A stretch of DNA of 44,207 nucleotides from Oscillospiraceae bacterium (GCA_017436765.1 JAFSCM010000079.1:1-44207); one strand, 5' to 3'; shown: positions 17,971 to 27,433, numbered from the stretch's first letter. Made by a program: numbers and translations. The notes: generated by a model from the letters alone, not told the origin.

Positions 17971-18852
17971 ATGAAAAGAAAGATATTGTCAGCGTTGCTC
18001 TGTATGGCGGTGTTTTTTTCATTTCCGATGGCAGCACACGCCGATATGGGCCCGAAGCCCTCTGTGAATGTTACCTTTGAAGGTGTGAAGACGGGTACAG
18101 AATATTACGGTACTCTTTTGTCAGAGAGAGACTCCACCGGTCCGTCATCAGCCTGGGACGGCATTGAGGGACATCAGGATTACCACGACGGGGAAGAAGA
18201 GATATGGCAGGCGTTTGCGGATTATCCCGACACAGACAGTTACTATTTCCTGCAGGAATGGTGGAACTGTACCGGAACAGACCAGCTGAACTGGACATAC
18301 TATCCTCCGTCAAAGTTTAAAATTCTGCTCTGGTTTCCCGAAACCGATACATATTTTGTAAGTGATATATACGAGCGCTATGCTTTTGACAGCTATTATA
18401 CTGTGAATTTGTCGGATATGGCAGCATCAGAGCCAGCAGATGGTATTATTGTGGCAGAGAAAAGCTATGATTTCACCTGGGAAATAATATCTCTTATTGC
18501 AAGAATTGTGGCTACAATTCTGCTGGAAATTGCAGTGGCATTTATCTTTGGTTACAGAAGTAAAAAGGCGATCAGATTCATTGCTGTTGTAAACATAATC
18601 ACACAGGTGTTGCTTAATCTTACACTGAATTTTATAAACTACAGTATGGGCAGTATGACATATGTCTTCTTCTTTGTAATGCTGGAAATTGCAGTATTTG
18701 TGCTGGAAGCCGTCATATATGCTTTGCTGCTCAGAAAGTTTACAGACAGGAAAGCAGACTGTATGATAACCACAGCCTATGCCTTTGCGGCAAATGCAGT
18801 CAGCTTTGCAGCAGGTATGTGGCTCAGCTTTGTTATCCCTGGTATTTTTTAG
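17971..18852 (+). CDS. Hypothetical secreted-domain protein with a C-terminal 4-TM region
   Basis: 293 aa ORF with RBS AGGAGG and a signal peptide ending in AAHADMGPKPS. An aromatic-rich ectodomain of about 150 aa follows. The 4 TM helices contain repeated LEIAV motifs. Confidence 0.7.
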   Translation: MKRKILSALLCMAVFFSFPMAAHADMGPKPSVNVTFEGVKTGTEYYGTLLSERDSTGPSSAWDGIEGHQDYHDGEEEIWQAFADYPDTDSYYFLQEWWNCTGTDQLNWTYYPPSKFKILLWFPETDTYFVSDIYERYAFDSYYTVNLSDMAASEPADGIIVAEKSYDFTWEIISLIARIVATILLEIAVAFIFGYRSKKAIRFIAVVNIITQVLLNLTLNFINYSMGSMTYVFFFVMLEIAVFVLEAVIYALLLRKFTDRKADCMITTAYAFAANAVSFAAGMWLSFVIPGIF

Positions 18853-18878
18853 AGGTTAAACGGTGAAAGGAAAAAAAT

Positions 18879-19523
18879 ATGAAGAAGTTTTCGGTTATAT
18901 TGGCAGCATCAGTGATAGTCCTGTCTGTGATTTTTACAGGCTGTGAAGGTGAAAAAACTGCAGAAGGTTCACAGAAAAGTTTATACAGCCACGGACTTGA
19001 CCTTGTGGAAATGGTTGAAGAAATGGCAAAAAGCGAAGCATATCTTGAAATATATACAGGCAGCCCGAGAATAAGCGAAGTGGTTTCAGGCTTTGGCAGT
19101 GGCGACTATTCCGTTGTGAAAAAGGTATATAAGCTGACACCGACAGAGGCCTATCTTGCAGAGTACGGCACGGCAGCTGAAATGAGCGGATTGTCTTCAA
19201 AAGTTAAAAAGACAGTGTCGGACAAAACCATAGCTGCCATAGTGACACAGATAAATGCAATGGGCGGTGCTGAAAATCTTGCGGCTACAACCGTATGCAC
19301 TGCAGGCAAAACCTTTGTCAGCAGTGAACTTAAGGAAACCTGTGTATGGATATATGTTTTTGAATACGGTTTTCCTGTTGCGGTAACCTTTACTCCGGGT
19401 GAAGACAGCACAGTTTCCGCATCGGCAATGCTTGTAAGCTGCGAAGAATTTCCTGTGGAATCAGCACAGGATATTGAAGAATTTCTTGGCGGCGGCATAA
19501 AAGCTGAAGATATAACAGAATAA
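18879..19523 (+). CDS. Hypothetical lipoprotein
   Basis: 214 aa ORF with a lipobox signal (MKKFSVILAASVIVLSVIFTGC). I recognise no family. Confidence 0.7.
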   Translation: MKKFSVILAASVIVLSVIFTGCEGEKTAEGSQKSLYSHGLDLVEMVEEMAKSEAYLEIYTGSPRISEVVSGFGSGDYSVVKKVYKLTPTEAYLAEYGTAAEMSGLSSKVKKTVSDKTIAAIVTQINAMGGAENLAATTVCTAGKTFVSSELKETCVWIYVFEYGFPVAVTFTPGEDSTVSASAMLVSCEEFPVESAQDIEEFLGGGIKAEDITE

Positions 19524-19529
19524 TCCTGA

Positions 19530-19577
19530 AGGACTGTTTTCCCTTGATTGACAGTGGGGGGAACAGTCCTTTTCAGC
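19530..19577 (+). terminator. Rho-independent terminator of the padR-led operon
   Basis: 13-bp stem GGACTGTTTTCCC ... GGGGGGAACAGTCC (includes G-U pairs) followed by TTTTCAG. Confidence 0.75.
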
Positions 19578-19697
19578 GTCCTCCCGACAGGAAAACACAA
19601 ACCTGATTTCAGACACAAAAAGGCTGCTGTGTTATCGGCACTTGCATTACACAAAGCAGTGCTGCGTGTCTCTGCCTTGCAGCAGCATTTTTTCTGT

Positions 19698-19754
19698 AAA
19701 AACAGGCAAAAAATGTATCCGCCATATCACATTGCTGCGATATGGCGGATATTT
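19698..19754 (+). repeat. Conserved hairpin module, copy 1 of 2 (copy 2 at 38370-38423)
   Basis: AAAACAGGCAAAAAATGTATCCGCCATATCAcattgctgcGATATGGCGGATATTT. The flanks and 12-bp stem are nearly identical to the copy at 38370-38423, but the loop differs. Confidence 0.7.
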
Positions 19755-19883
19755 AAGTTTTCTTATCGGAGGGCCGCTTTGTTATGCTGTTTATATAAAT
19801 ATTTCCACCTCTACCGTCTTGCAGTAACTGCGGTAAATATAGTATAATTTTTTAATAGAGTAAACTGAAAAAAGGAAACAGCT

Positions 19884-20726
19884 ATGTATAAAATTTTACA
19901 GAAACAGTTTTTAAATCCTACCGTCTGCAAAATGGTGATAGATGCTCCGCTGATTGCAAAAAAGGCACAGCCGGGGCAGTTTGTAATCCTGCGTGCACTG
20001 GAGGACAGCGAGAGAATCCCGCTGACAATCTCTGATTACGATAAAGAAAAAGGTACGGTAACAATTATTTTTCAGCTTGTGGGCGAATCCACATCAGAGC
20101 TTTCCGCACTTTGCGAGGGTGATGAAATCTGCGATTTTGCAGGTCCTCTCGGCAAGCCAAGCAACCTTGACGGACTTAAAAAGGTAGTTGTTGTGGGCGG
20201 CGGTGTAGGTTGTGCAATCGCATACCCTGTTGCCAAGAAATTAAAGGAAAACGGATGCTGTGTGCACAGTGTCATCGGCTTCAGAAACAAGGACCTTGTC
20301 ATACTCAAAGATGAATTTGAAGCAGCCAGCGAAAGACTTGCTGTGATGACGGATGACGGTTCTTTCGGGGAAAAAGGCCTTGTTACAGAGGCGCTGGAAG
20401 CACTTATAGAAGAAGGCAATCAGTACGATGAAGTTATTGCAATCGGACCGCTTGTTATGATGAAATTTGTCTGCAAAGTTACAGAAAAGTACGGCATAAA
20501 AACCACAGTGTCAATGAACCCTGTAATGGTTGACGGCACAGGTATGTGCGGCGGATGCCGTCTTACAGTGGACGGAAAGACACAGTTTGCCTGTGTTGAC
20601 GGCCCTGACTTTGACGGTCACAAGGTTGATTTTGACGAGGCTATCAGCCGTTCCTCAATGTACAGGGAATTTGAAAACCGCAGAAGAGAAGCATTCTGTA
20701 ACCTGATGAAAAAGGAGGCAGAATAA
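19884..20726 (+). CDS. nfnA: NADH-dependent reduced ferredoxin:NADP+ oxidoreductase, small subunit (sulfide/dihydroorotate dehydrogenase-like FAD/NAD and 2Fe-2S protein)
   Basis: 280 aa ORF with an FNR-like fold (RIPLTISDYD, VVGGGVGCA) and a C-terminal cluster CGGCRLTVDGKTQFACVDGP. A TAATG overlap couples it to nfnB. Confidence 0.85.
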   Translation: MYKILQKQFLNPTVCKMVIDAPLIAKKAQPGQFVILRALEDSERIPLTISDYDKEKGTVTIIFQLVGESTSELSALCEGDEICDFAGPLGKPSNLDGLKKVVVVGGGVGCAIAYPVAKKLKENGCCVHSVIGFRNKDLVILKDEFEAASERLAVMTDDGSFGEKGLVTEALEALIEEGNQYDEVIAIGPLVMMKFVCKVTEKYGIKTTVSMNPVMVDGTGMCGGCRLTVDGKTQFACVDGPDFDGHKVDFDEAISRSSMYREFENRRREAFCNLMKKEAE

Positions 20727-22114
20727 TGGCTAATATGAATCCGAATAAATGCCCTATGCCAAGTCAGGACCCTATGGTGCGCAACAGAAATTTCAGCGAA
20801 GTTGCACTGGGCTACACATTGGAAATGGCAATGGAAGAAGCACAGCGCTGTCTTGGATGCAAGCACAAACCCTGCATTGAAGGATGCCCTGTACTTATAG
20901 ATATTCCTGCCTTTATTGCAGAAGTTGCAAAGGGTGATATAAAAAAAGCCTATGAAATCCTTTCACAGCAGACAAGTCTGCCTGCGGTATGCGGCCGTGT
21001 ATGCCCTCAGGAAACACAGTGCGAGGGTAAATGTGTCCGCGCAATAAAAGGCGAAAGTGTGGCAATAGGCCGTCTTGAACGCTTTGTTGCGGACTGGTAC
21101 AGAGAAAACTGTGCCGAAAAACCGCAGCCTGCAAAGCCAAACGGAAAAAAGGTTGCTGTTATCGGTGCAGGTCCGACAGGTCTTACCTGTGCAGGTGAAC
21201 TTGCAAAAAAAGGCTATGGGGTTACAGTTTACGAAGCTCTCCATACAGCGGGAGGTGTGCTTGTATACGGAATACCTGAATTCCGTCTGCCAAAGGATAT
21301 TGTTAAATATGAAATTGACAACCTTAAAGCCATGGGTGTTAAAATCGAAACCAATATGGTTATCGGCAAAATTCTCACAATAGACGAGCTTTTTGAAATG
21401 GGCTATGGTGCAGTATATATCGGCAGCGGCGCAGGCCTGCCGAAATTTATGGGTATACCAGGCGAAAGCCTTAAAGGTGTTTACAGCGCCAATGAATATC
21501 TCACCCGTGTAAATCTGATGAAAGCATATCTGCCCACATCAAAGACACCAATCCGCAAAAGTCACAATGTTGCGGTTGTGGGCGGCGGCAATGTTGCGAT
21601 GGACGCAGCACGCAGCGCAAAACGCCTTGGGGCAGAAAATGTATATATTGTTTACCGCCGCGGTATGCAGGAGCTTCCTGCCCGACTGGAAGAGATTGAA
21701 CACGCACAGGAGGAGGGCATCATATTTAAGCTGCTCACAAACCCTGTTGAGATTATCGGGGACGAAAACGGCGAGGTAAAGGCTGTAAAATGTGTGGAAA
21801 TGATGCTGGGAGAGCCTGATTCTTCCGGTCGCAGACGCCCTGTTGTAAAACCTGACAGCGAGTTTGTCATTGATATTGACACAATGATTATGTCCATAGG
21901 TACAAGCCCCAATCCGCTTATATCTTCAACAACCGAAGGCCTTGAAACAGATAAATGGGGCTGCATTGTAACAAACGGGGATGACGGCCTTACAACCCGG
22001 AATGCAGTTTATGCAGGCGGCGATGCCGTTACAGGGGCCGCAACTGTAATCCTTGCTATGGGTGCAGGAAAGCAGGCTGCAGCAGCTATAGACAAAATGC
22101 TCAGCGGAAAATAA
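20726..22114 (+). CDS. nfnB: NfnB / homotetrameric-type glutamate synthase small-chain-like NADPH-dependent oxidoreductase
   Basis: 462 aa ORF. N-terminal 2x[4Fe-4S] cysteine motifs (CLGCKHKPCIEGCP, CGRVCPQETQCEGKC) are followed by two dinucleotide folds (VAVIGAGPTGLTCA, VAVVGGGNVAMDAA). Confidence 0.85.
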   Translation: MANMNPNKCPMPSQDPMVRNRNFSEVALGYTLEMAMEEAQRCLGCKHKPCIEGCPVLIDIPAFIAEVAKGDIKKAYEILSQQTSLPAVCGRVCPQETQCEGKCVRAIKGESVAIGRLERFVADWYRENCAEKPQPAKPNGKKVAVIGAGPTGLTCAGELAKKGYGVTVYEALHTAGGVLVYGIPEFRLPKDIVKYEIDNLKAMGVKIETNMVIGKILTIDELFEMGYGAVYIGSGAGLPKFMGIPGESLKGVYSANEYLTRVNLMKAYLPTSKTPIRKSHNVAVVGGGNVAMDAARSAKRLGAENVYIVYRRGMQELPARLEEIEHAQEEGIIFKLLTNPVEIIGDENGEVKAVKCVEMMLGEPDSSGRRRPVVKPDSEFVIDIDTMIMSIGTSPNPLISSTTEGLETDKWGCIVTNGDDGLTTRNAVYAGGDAVTGAATVILAMGAGKQAAAAIDKMLSGK

Positions 22115-22149
22115 CCGCAAAGCTGATAATAAAAATAAGATATAGAAAT

Positions 22150-22190
22150 AAAACAGTCGTTTCTGAAAATCAGGAACGACTGTTTTTTAC
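22150..22190. terminator. Bidirectional terminator between nfnB and trkH
   Basis: AAAACAGTCGTTTCTGAAAATCAGGAACGACTGTTTTTT. The ACAGTCGTT/AACGACTGT stem has an inner extension via CTGA/TCAG and is flanked by A- and T-runs. Confidence 0.8.
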
Positions 22191-22224
22191 ATTGTGTGTA
22201 TTTAATATTTTTGCAATAATCTGT

Positions 22225-23661
22225 TTACTGTCTTTTCCACGCTGACGGACTGAGCAGAACGAGAATAGGGAAGATTTCAAGTCTGCCTATAATCATACAG
22301 AATGAGAGAAAATATTTGGAAAATTCAGAAAGTGTTGAAAAGTTTCCTGCAGGGCCGAAGACACCGAGACCAGGGCCTATATTGCTTACACAGGTAAGAG
22401 CGGCAGTAAAGCTTTCGCTGAATCCGAAACCATCAAGCGAAACTACTACTGCACCGGCCAGGATTATAATAAAATAAGCACCGATAAAGGTAAGAATGGA
22501 ATGTATTGTTTTTTCTTCCACAACTTTGCCGTCAAGTTTAACAACCTGAACAGAGCGAGGATGAATAATGTGATGAATTTCCCTGCGTATAACCCGGAAC
22601 ATAACAAGTATTCGGGAACATTTCATACCACCGCCGGTACTGCCTGCACAGGCACCGCAAAACATAAGCAGAATAAAAATCATCTGACAAATCTGAGGCC
22701 AGTAAAGCCAGTCAGCAGTTGAAAAACCGGTTGTGGATATAAGAGAACAAACCTGGAAAAAGGCATATCTGAATGACTGAACCCAGTCAGAGTATATAGG
22801 CTGTATATTGATGCAGACAATAAATGTGGCAATGCAAACTATGGCAAGGAAAAATCTGAGCTCATCACTTTGCAGCACTTCTTTAAATCTGCGGGTGAGC
22901 AGCAGAAAATACATTGCAAAGTTTATGGAAAACAGCAGAATAAACACAGATATAATCATATCTATGGTCATACTGTTATATGCACCTACACTGGCATTCA
23001 TATTGGAAAAGCCGCCTGTACCTGCTGTGCCGAATGCGTGTATAAAACTGTCATACCAAGGCATGCCTGCAAGCTTCAGGCAGATAGCTTCTGATATTGT
23101 AAGCACGCAGTAAATTGCATAGAGAATTTTGGAAGTCTGCGCCTGCTTTGGTACAAGTTTTGAAAAAACAGGTCCTGGAGATTCCGCCTGTGTCAGATAT
23201 TTTGTGCGGATACCGATTGTAGGAATAAGAGCAGTGGCAAGCACAAGCACACCCATGCCGCCAAGCCAGTGTGTAAGGGAACGCCAGAAAAGTATGCCTT
23301 TGGGCAATGCTTCAATATCTGTAAGTATTGAAGAACCTGTCGTAGTTAACCCTGAACATGATTCAAACAGGCAGTCTGCAAAAGTTGGAAAATAACCTGA
23401 AAAATAAAACGGAAGAGAGCCGATAAAGCCTGTAGTAAGCCATATCAGGGCAACAGTAAAGAACCCTTCACGTATAAAAAACTCTTTGGTGCTGTTTATG
23501 CTGGATAATATTATTCCTGTAAAAAGAACAAGAACTATTGTAACCATAAACGGAGTTGTGTCTTCGCCGTAAATCATAGCAACCAGCATAGGAAGCAGAA
23601 GCACAAAGGCTTCCATAGTGATAACTCTGCCAACTATTTTTAAAACAACTTTCAGATTCAT
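22225..23661 (-). CDS. trkH: TrkH-family potassium uptake membrane subunit
   Basis: 478 aa polytopic ORF with repeated selectivity-filter-like segments (TTTGSS, TAGTGGFS, STTGFS, GSTGGGMK). Its start overlaps the trkA stop (TAATG). Confidence 0.9.
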   Translation of the reverse strand: MNLKVVLKIVGRVITMEAFVLLLPMLVAMIYGEDTTPFMVTIVLVLFTGIILSSINSTKEFFIREGFFTVALIWLTTGFIGSLPFYFSGYFPTFADCLFESCSGLTTTGSSILTDIEALPKGILFWRSLTHWLGGMGVLVLATALIPTIGIRTKYLTQAESPGPVFSKLVPKQAQTSKILYAIYCVLTISEAICLKLAGMPWYDSFIHAFGTAGTGGFSNMNASVGAYNSMTIDMIISVFILLFSINFAMYFLLLTRRFKEVLQSDELRFFLAIVCIATFIVCINIQPIYSDWVQSFRYAFFQVCSLISTTGFSTADWLYWPQICQMIFILLMFCGACAGSTGGGMKCSRILVMFRVIRREIHHIIHPRSVQVVKLDGKVVEEKTIHSILTFIGAYFIIILAGAVVVSLDGFGFSESFTAALTCVSNIGPGLGVFGPAGNFSTLSEFSKYFLSFCMIIGRLEIFPILVLLSPSAWKRQ

Positions 23662-25055
23662 TAACTGTTTCCTCCGGTTGCTATGGAAATGTCATCTTCA
23701 AGATAGATGTCATTAAGTTCCATTATATATGTGCCGCTGGTGATGATGATAACAGTATCATCAACTTCAAGACTTGTGGTACCTTCAGGAATTATAATTG
23801 CACCGTTTCTGACTATAACAGCAAGAAGCACATCCGGCTTAAGACGAAGATCTTTAAGAGGGATACCTGTATTTCTGGTAGAGGATGTAACTTTGAATTC
23901 CATAGCTTCAGCATCACCATTTGCGATTCTGTGCAGGCTGTTCATAACACTGCCCTGACTGTTCTGCATACCGCGCACAAGATGAAGAACATAGGATGCA
24001 ACAACATATTTTGCAGACACAATACTGTTCAGCCCCATATTTCTTGCAATACCGATATAGTTCTGACGGTTGCATTTTGTGATTGTTTTAGGTACACCCT
24101 GCTGCATAGCATAAAGGGATATGATAAGGTTGTCTTCATCACGACCTGTCAAAGCAACAAAAGCATCGTAGGACTGCAGATTTTCTTCCTCCAGCAGTTC
24201 ATGATCACTGCCGTCGCCATTTATTGTTATAACATCAGGGAAAAGCTCGGCTATTTCACGACACTTTGATTCATCCTTGTCAACAACCTTGAGCCTGATA
24301 TTCATATTTCTCAGCATCTCAATAAGATAGTTGGAAATCTTGCCGCCGCCAACAAGAAAAACCTTTTTGATTTTTGGAGTATATCTTCCGAGAAGACGGA
24401 AAAATTTGTCCAGACCGGAAGGCTGCCCGATGATATAAAGTTTATCACCTGCTTTAGGAATAAAAGAACCCTTAGGAATACATACATCACCGTTTCTGTC
24501 AGCAACACAGAACAGAAGATCAAGTTTTTTGACCTGCGGAGGCAGATCCATAAGAGATTTGCCAATGAGAAAGTCGCCTTCCTGAAGCACAAACCCCATA
24601 AGCTCAACCTTGCCGCGACAGAAAGTTTCAATGTCGGCAGCAGCAGGAAAACGTAGAAGTCTTGCAATTTCAGCAGCAGCAGCGCTTTCGGGGTTGATAA
24701 CAACATCTATTTTAAGGTTTTTCTTGAGCTCAACAATGCTTTCGGTGTATTCAGGAGTTCTGATACGGGCAATAGTATATTTGGCGCCAAGCTGCTTTGC
24801 AGTAAGGCAGCAAACCATGTTAACCTCGTCAGAACTCGTTGCAGCGATAACCAGATCTGCATTTTCAGCACCTGCTTCTGTCAAGGTGGCAGGGGATACG
24901 CCGTTACCTTTGATAGTCATAATATCAAGGGTATCATAAGCTTTATCAAGAGCAGTATCTTCAAAATCGATAACAGTAATATCGTGGCCTTCTTTTACAA
25001 GCTGTTCGGCCAGAAAAAAGCCAACTTTACCGCTGCCCACAATTATAATATTCAT
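23661..25055 (-). CDS. trkA: Trk system NAD-binding subunit TrkA (two tandem RCK units)
   Basis: 464 aa ORF with two Rossmann motifs (IIIVGSGKVG and FLVGGGKISN), each followed by a TrkA-C domain. Confidence 0.9.
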   Translation of the reverse strand: MNIIIVGSGKVGFFLAEQLVKEGHDITVIDFEDTALDKAYDTLDIMTIKGNGVSPATLTEAGAENADLVIAATSSDEVNMVCCLTAKQLGAKYTIARIRTPEYTESIVELKKNLKIDVVINPESAAAAEIARLLRFPAAADIETFCRGKVELMGFVLQEGDFLIGKSLMDLPPQVKKLDLLFCVADRNGDVCIPKGSFIPKAGDKLYIIGQPSGLDKFFRLLGRYTPKIKKVFLVGGGKISNYLIEMLRNMNIRLKVVDKDESKCREIAELFPDVITINGDGSDHELLEEENLQSYDAFVALTGRDEDNLIISLYAMQQGVPKTITKCNRQNYIGIARNMGLNSIVSAKYVVASYVLHLVRGMQNSQGSVMNSLHRIANGDAEAMEFKVTSSTRNTGIPLKDLRLKPDVLLAVIVRNGAIIIPEGTTSLEVDDTVIIITSGTYIMELNDIYLEDDISIATGGNS

Positions 25056-25280
25056 AATTCAATAAAATCCTTTCTATAATAGGGGAGTAAAACCTATTAT
25101 TGATATTTTTTCTGAATTGTATTTTATTATTTTAGTAAGTATGGGAATTATTATAATACCAATAAGAAAAAAGGTCAACAACAGCATAAGCAGTACGGAT
25201 AAAATCTGCAAGGAAAGACAAATATTAACGGCAAGCTGCAAAATAGTGTTCCGCACAGAACTGATATTATCTGTTGCTGT

Positions 25281-25325
25281 AAAAAGGAAAGGAACCGGGA
25301 ACCCTCTTGTGTTCCCGGCTCCTTT
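25281..25325 (-). terminator. Rho-independent terminator after the formamidase-family gene
   Basis: Minus strand reads GGAGCCGGGAAC-acaagagg-GTTCCCGGTTCC followed by TTTCCTTTTT. Confidence 0.7.
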
Positions 25326-25338
25326 TGCTTTACATATA

Positions 25339-26217
25339 TTAAATTATTTCACTGCATATATTTTTAGGTAATGCCATCCGCACTGTAAGGGCAGGGTCAA
25401 CCACCTGGCAGAACTCAAGATTACCCGCAAGGCTTATCAGCATACCTGCTTTGTTCAGATTGTATCCAAGTTTGTCCTGCAGTATTTCCGCCATTGTCTT
25501 TGTTGCAGAATAGATAGCTTTCTCGATATTTACATCAGAAGAAATTGTATAGATGTTTTCAGCATCTTCAAGGCGCGGTTCTTTTATTGTTTTGCCTTTG
25601 ATAACCTCGCATCTGAGACTGATTTTTGCAGGAATTTCCACACCTGTAACCATAATTTCGCCGTCGCCCATACCTGCGTGGCAGTCACCGCAGGACAGAT
25701 ATGCGCCATCGTGGAAAACAGGCAGATAAAGGGTTGCGCCTTTTACAATTTTGGCATTGTCCATATTGCCGCCGTGATTTCCGGGAACACCGCAGGGAAC
25801 AGGTTCTCCTTCAGGTGCCACACCTATAACGCCAATCATCGGTTTTACCGGGATTTTAAAGTTGTCAAACACGGCACATCCGTCAACAACCTTTACCTTT
25901 TTAACCTCGCTCTGAACAACATCGCCGCCAAGCACGCCGCTACCGGGCAGAGCGCACATTGTACCCTCGTCGGCAACATCGATATCAATTATTTCTATTT
26001 TGAGAATATCACCCTTTTCGGCACCCTCTATATATGCAGGGCCTGTTGCGGGGTTTACATTGTCCCAGTCAAGGCGGTCCATTACATAGCTTTCGTCAGG
26101 AATCTGGTTGCAGAAACCGTCAAGAGCGTCAAATGTTATTATTTCACCCTGTTTAACGCGTACAGCCTTTTCCTTTCCGTCGCCCATTCTGAAGATATAG
26201 TTGTCTTTGATAATCAT
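25339..26217 (-). CDS. Acetamidase/formamidase-family protein
   Basis: 292 aa ORF with RBS AAGGAGGA. Motifs GDILKIEIIDI, NHGGNMD and CGDCHAGMGDGE fit the FmdA/AmdA family. Confidence 0.8.
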   Translation of the reverse strand: MIIKDNYIFRMGDGKEKAVRVKQGEIITFDALDGFCNQIPDESYVMDRLDWDNVNPATGPAYIEGAEKGDILKIEIIDIDVADEGTMCALPGSGVLGGDVVQSEVKKVKVVDGCAVFDNFKIPVKPMIGVIGVAPEGEPVPCGVPGNHGGNMDNAKIVKGATLYLPVFHDGAYLSCGDCHAGMGDGEIMVTGVEIPAKISLRCEVIKGKTIKEPRLEDAENIYTISSDVNIEKAIYSATKTMAEILQDKLGYNLNKAGMLISLAGNLEFCQVVDPALTVRMALPKNICSEII

Positions 26218-26358
26218 ACGGATATCCTCCTTGAGTTTAATACTTTTATACTACCACAATATAATATTGAACGCAATTTGTTCTTGAAAAAAGCAGCTTC
26301 TGATAACTAAATATGGACAGTGTTACAAAAATCACATTGAATATGCACAAAACTGCAC

Positions 26359-26391
26359 AAAAAAAGAGCAGCTCGTAAGAACTGCTCTTTT
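26359..26391 (-). terminator. Rho-independent terminator after the GGGtGRT gene
   Basis: Minus strand reads AAGAGCAG-ttcttacgag-CTGCTCTT followed by TTTTTGTG. Confidence 0.75.
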
Positions 26392-26417
26392 AAAATATTC
26401 AGTAGTTATTGCATAAA

Positions 26418-27419
26418 TTAAGCTTTCATAGCTTCTTCAACTGCAACTGCACATGCAACTGTCATACCAACCATTGGGTTGTTGCCAGCGCCGATAAGAC
26501 CCATCATGTCTACATGGGCTGGAACAGAGGAAGAACCTGCAAACTGTGCATCGCCGTGCATTCTGCCCATTGTGTCTGTAAGACCATAGGAAGCTGGACC
26601 AGCAGCCATATTGTCTGGGTGAAGTGTTCTGCCTGTGCCGCCGCCGGAAGCAACAGAGAAGTATTTTACGCCGTTTTCCCAGCACCATTTTTTATATGTG
26701 CCTGCAACAGGATGCTGGAAACGTGTTGGGTTTGTGGAGTTGCCTGTGATGGAAACATCAACATGTTCCATCTTCATGATTGCAACGCCTTCGAGAACAT
26801 CGTTGGAGCCGTAGCATTTAACTTTGGCTTTGTCGCCATTGGAGAATGCTTTTTCTCTTACAACTTTAACTTCGCCTGTTTTGAAATCGTATTCTGTTTC
26901 AACATATGTGAAGCCGTTGATACGGGAGATGATGTATGCTGCGTCTTTGCCGAGACCGTTAAGGATAACTCTTAAAGGATTTTTTCTTGCTTTGTTTGCT
27001 GTTCTTGCAATACCTATAGCACCTTCAGCAGCTGCGAAACTTTCGTGACCTGCAAGGAAGCAGAAACACTGTGTTTCTTCTCTGAGGAGCATGGAAGCAA
27101 GGTTGCCGTGACCGAGACCAACATGTCTCTGGTCTGCTACGGAACCAGGTACGCAGAATGCTTCGATACCTTCGCCGATAACGCTTGCTGCGTCTGCTGC
27201 GTTTGCCACACCGCGTTTGAGGGCAAGAGCAACGCCGTATGTGTATGCCCAAACTGCATTATCAAATGCAATTGGCTGTACACCTTTAACAATTTCTTCT
27301 ACATTGATACCTTTGGAAAGGCACAATTCTTTAGCTGCATCAAGGCTTTCAATGCCGTTTTCTGCCATGGAAGCCTCAATTTTGGCTATTCTTCTTTCAT
27401 AACCTTCAAATTTTGCCAT
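26418..27419 (-). CDS. GGGtGRT-family protein (conserved, function unknown)
   Basis: 333 aa ORF with RBS AAGGAGG. It contains the eponymous motif ...VASGGGTGRTLHPDNMAAG..., and its length is typical of the family. Confidence 0.85.
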   Translation of the reverse strand: MAKFEGYERRIAKIEASMAENGIESLDAAKELCLSKGINVEEIVKGVQPIAFDNAVWAYTYGVALALKRGVANAADAASVIGEGIEAFCVPGSVADQRHVGLGHGNLASMLLREETQCFCFLAGHESFAAAEGAIGIARTANKARKNPLRVILNGLGKDAAYIISRINGFTYVETEYDFKTGEVKVVREKAFSNGDKAKVKCYGSNDVLEGVAIMKMEHVDVSITGNSTNPTRFQHPVAGTYKKWCWENGVKYFSVASGGGTGRTLHPDNMAAGPASYGLTDTMGRMHGDAQFAGSSSVPAHVDMMGLIGAGNNPMVGMTVACAVAVEEAMKA

Positions 27420-27433
27420 ATTATTAAGCCTCC

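Noticed and set aside
19548-19847. 99-aa and 61-aa ORFs in the spacer before nfnA
   Set aside because: There is no RBS, the region is filled with terminator hairpins and the nfnA promoter, and the translations are low-complexity.
25056-25338. c-di-AMP (ydaO-type) riboswitch, or a small hydrophobic leader peptide (ORF 25074-25256), upstream of trkA
   Set aside because: K+ transporter genes in Firmicutes are often under ydaO control. However, the minus-strand sequence here is AT-rich, with none of the conserved ACGGGG/CCCGAA-type elements and no terminator before trkA. The 60-aa ORF starts at GTG with no RBS.
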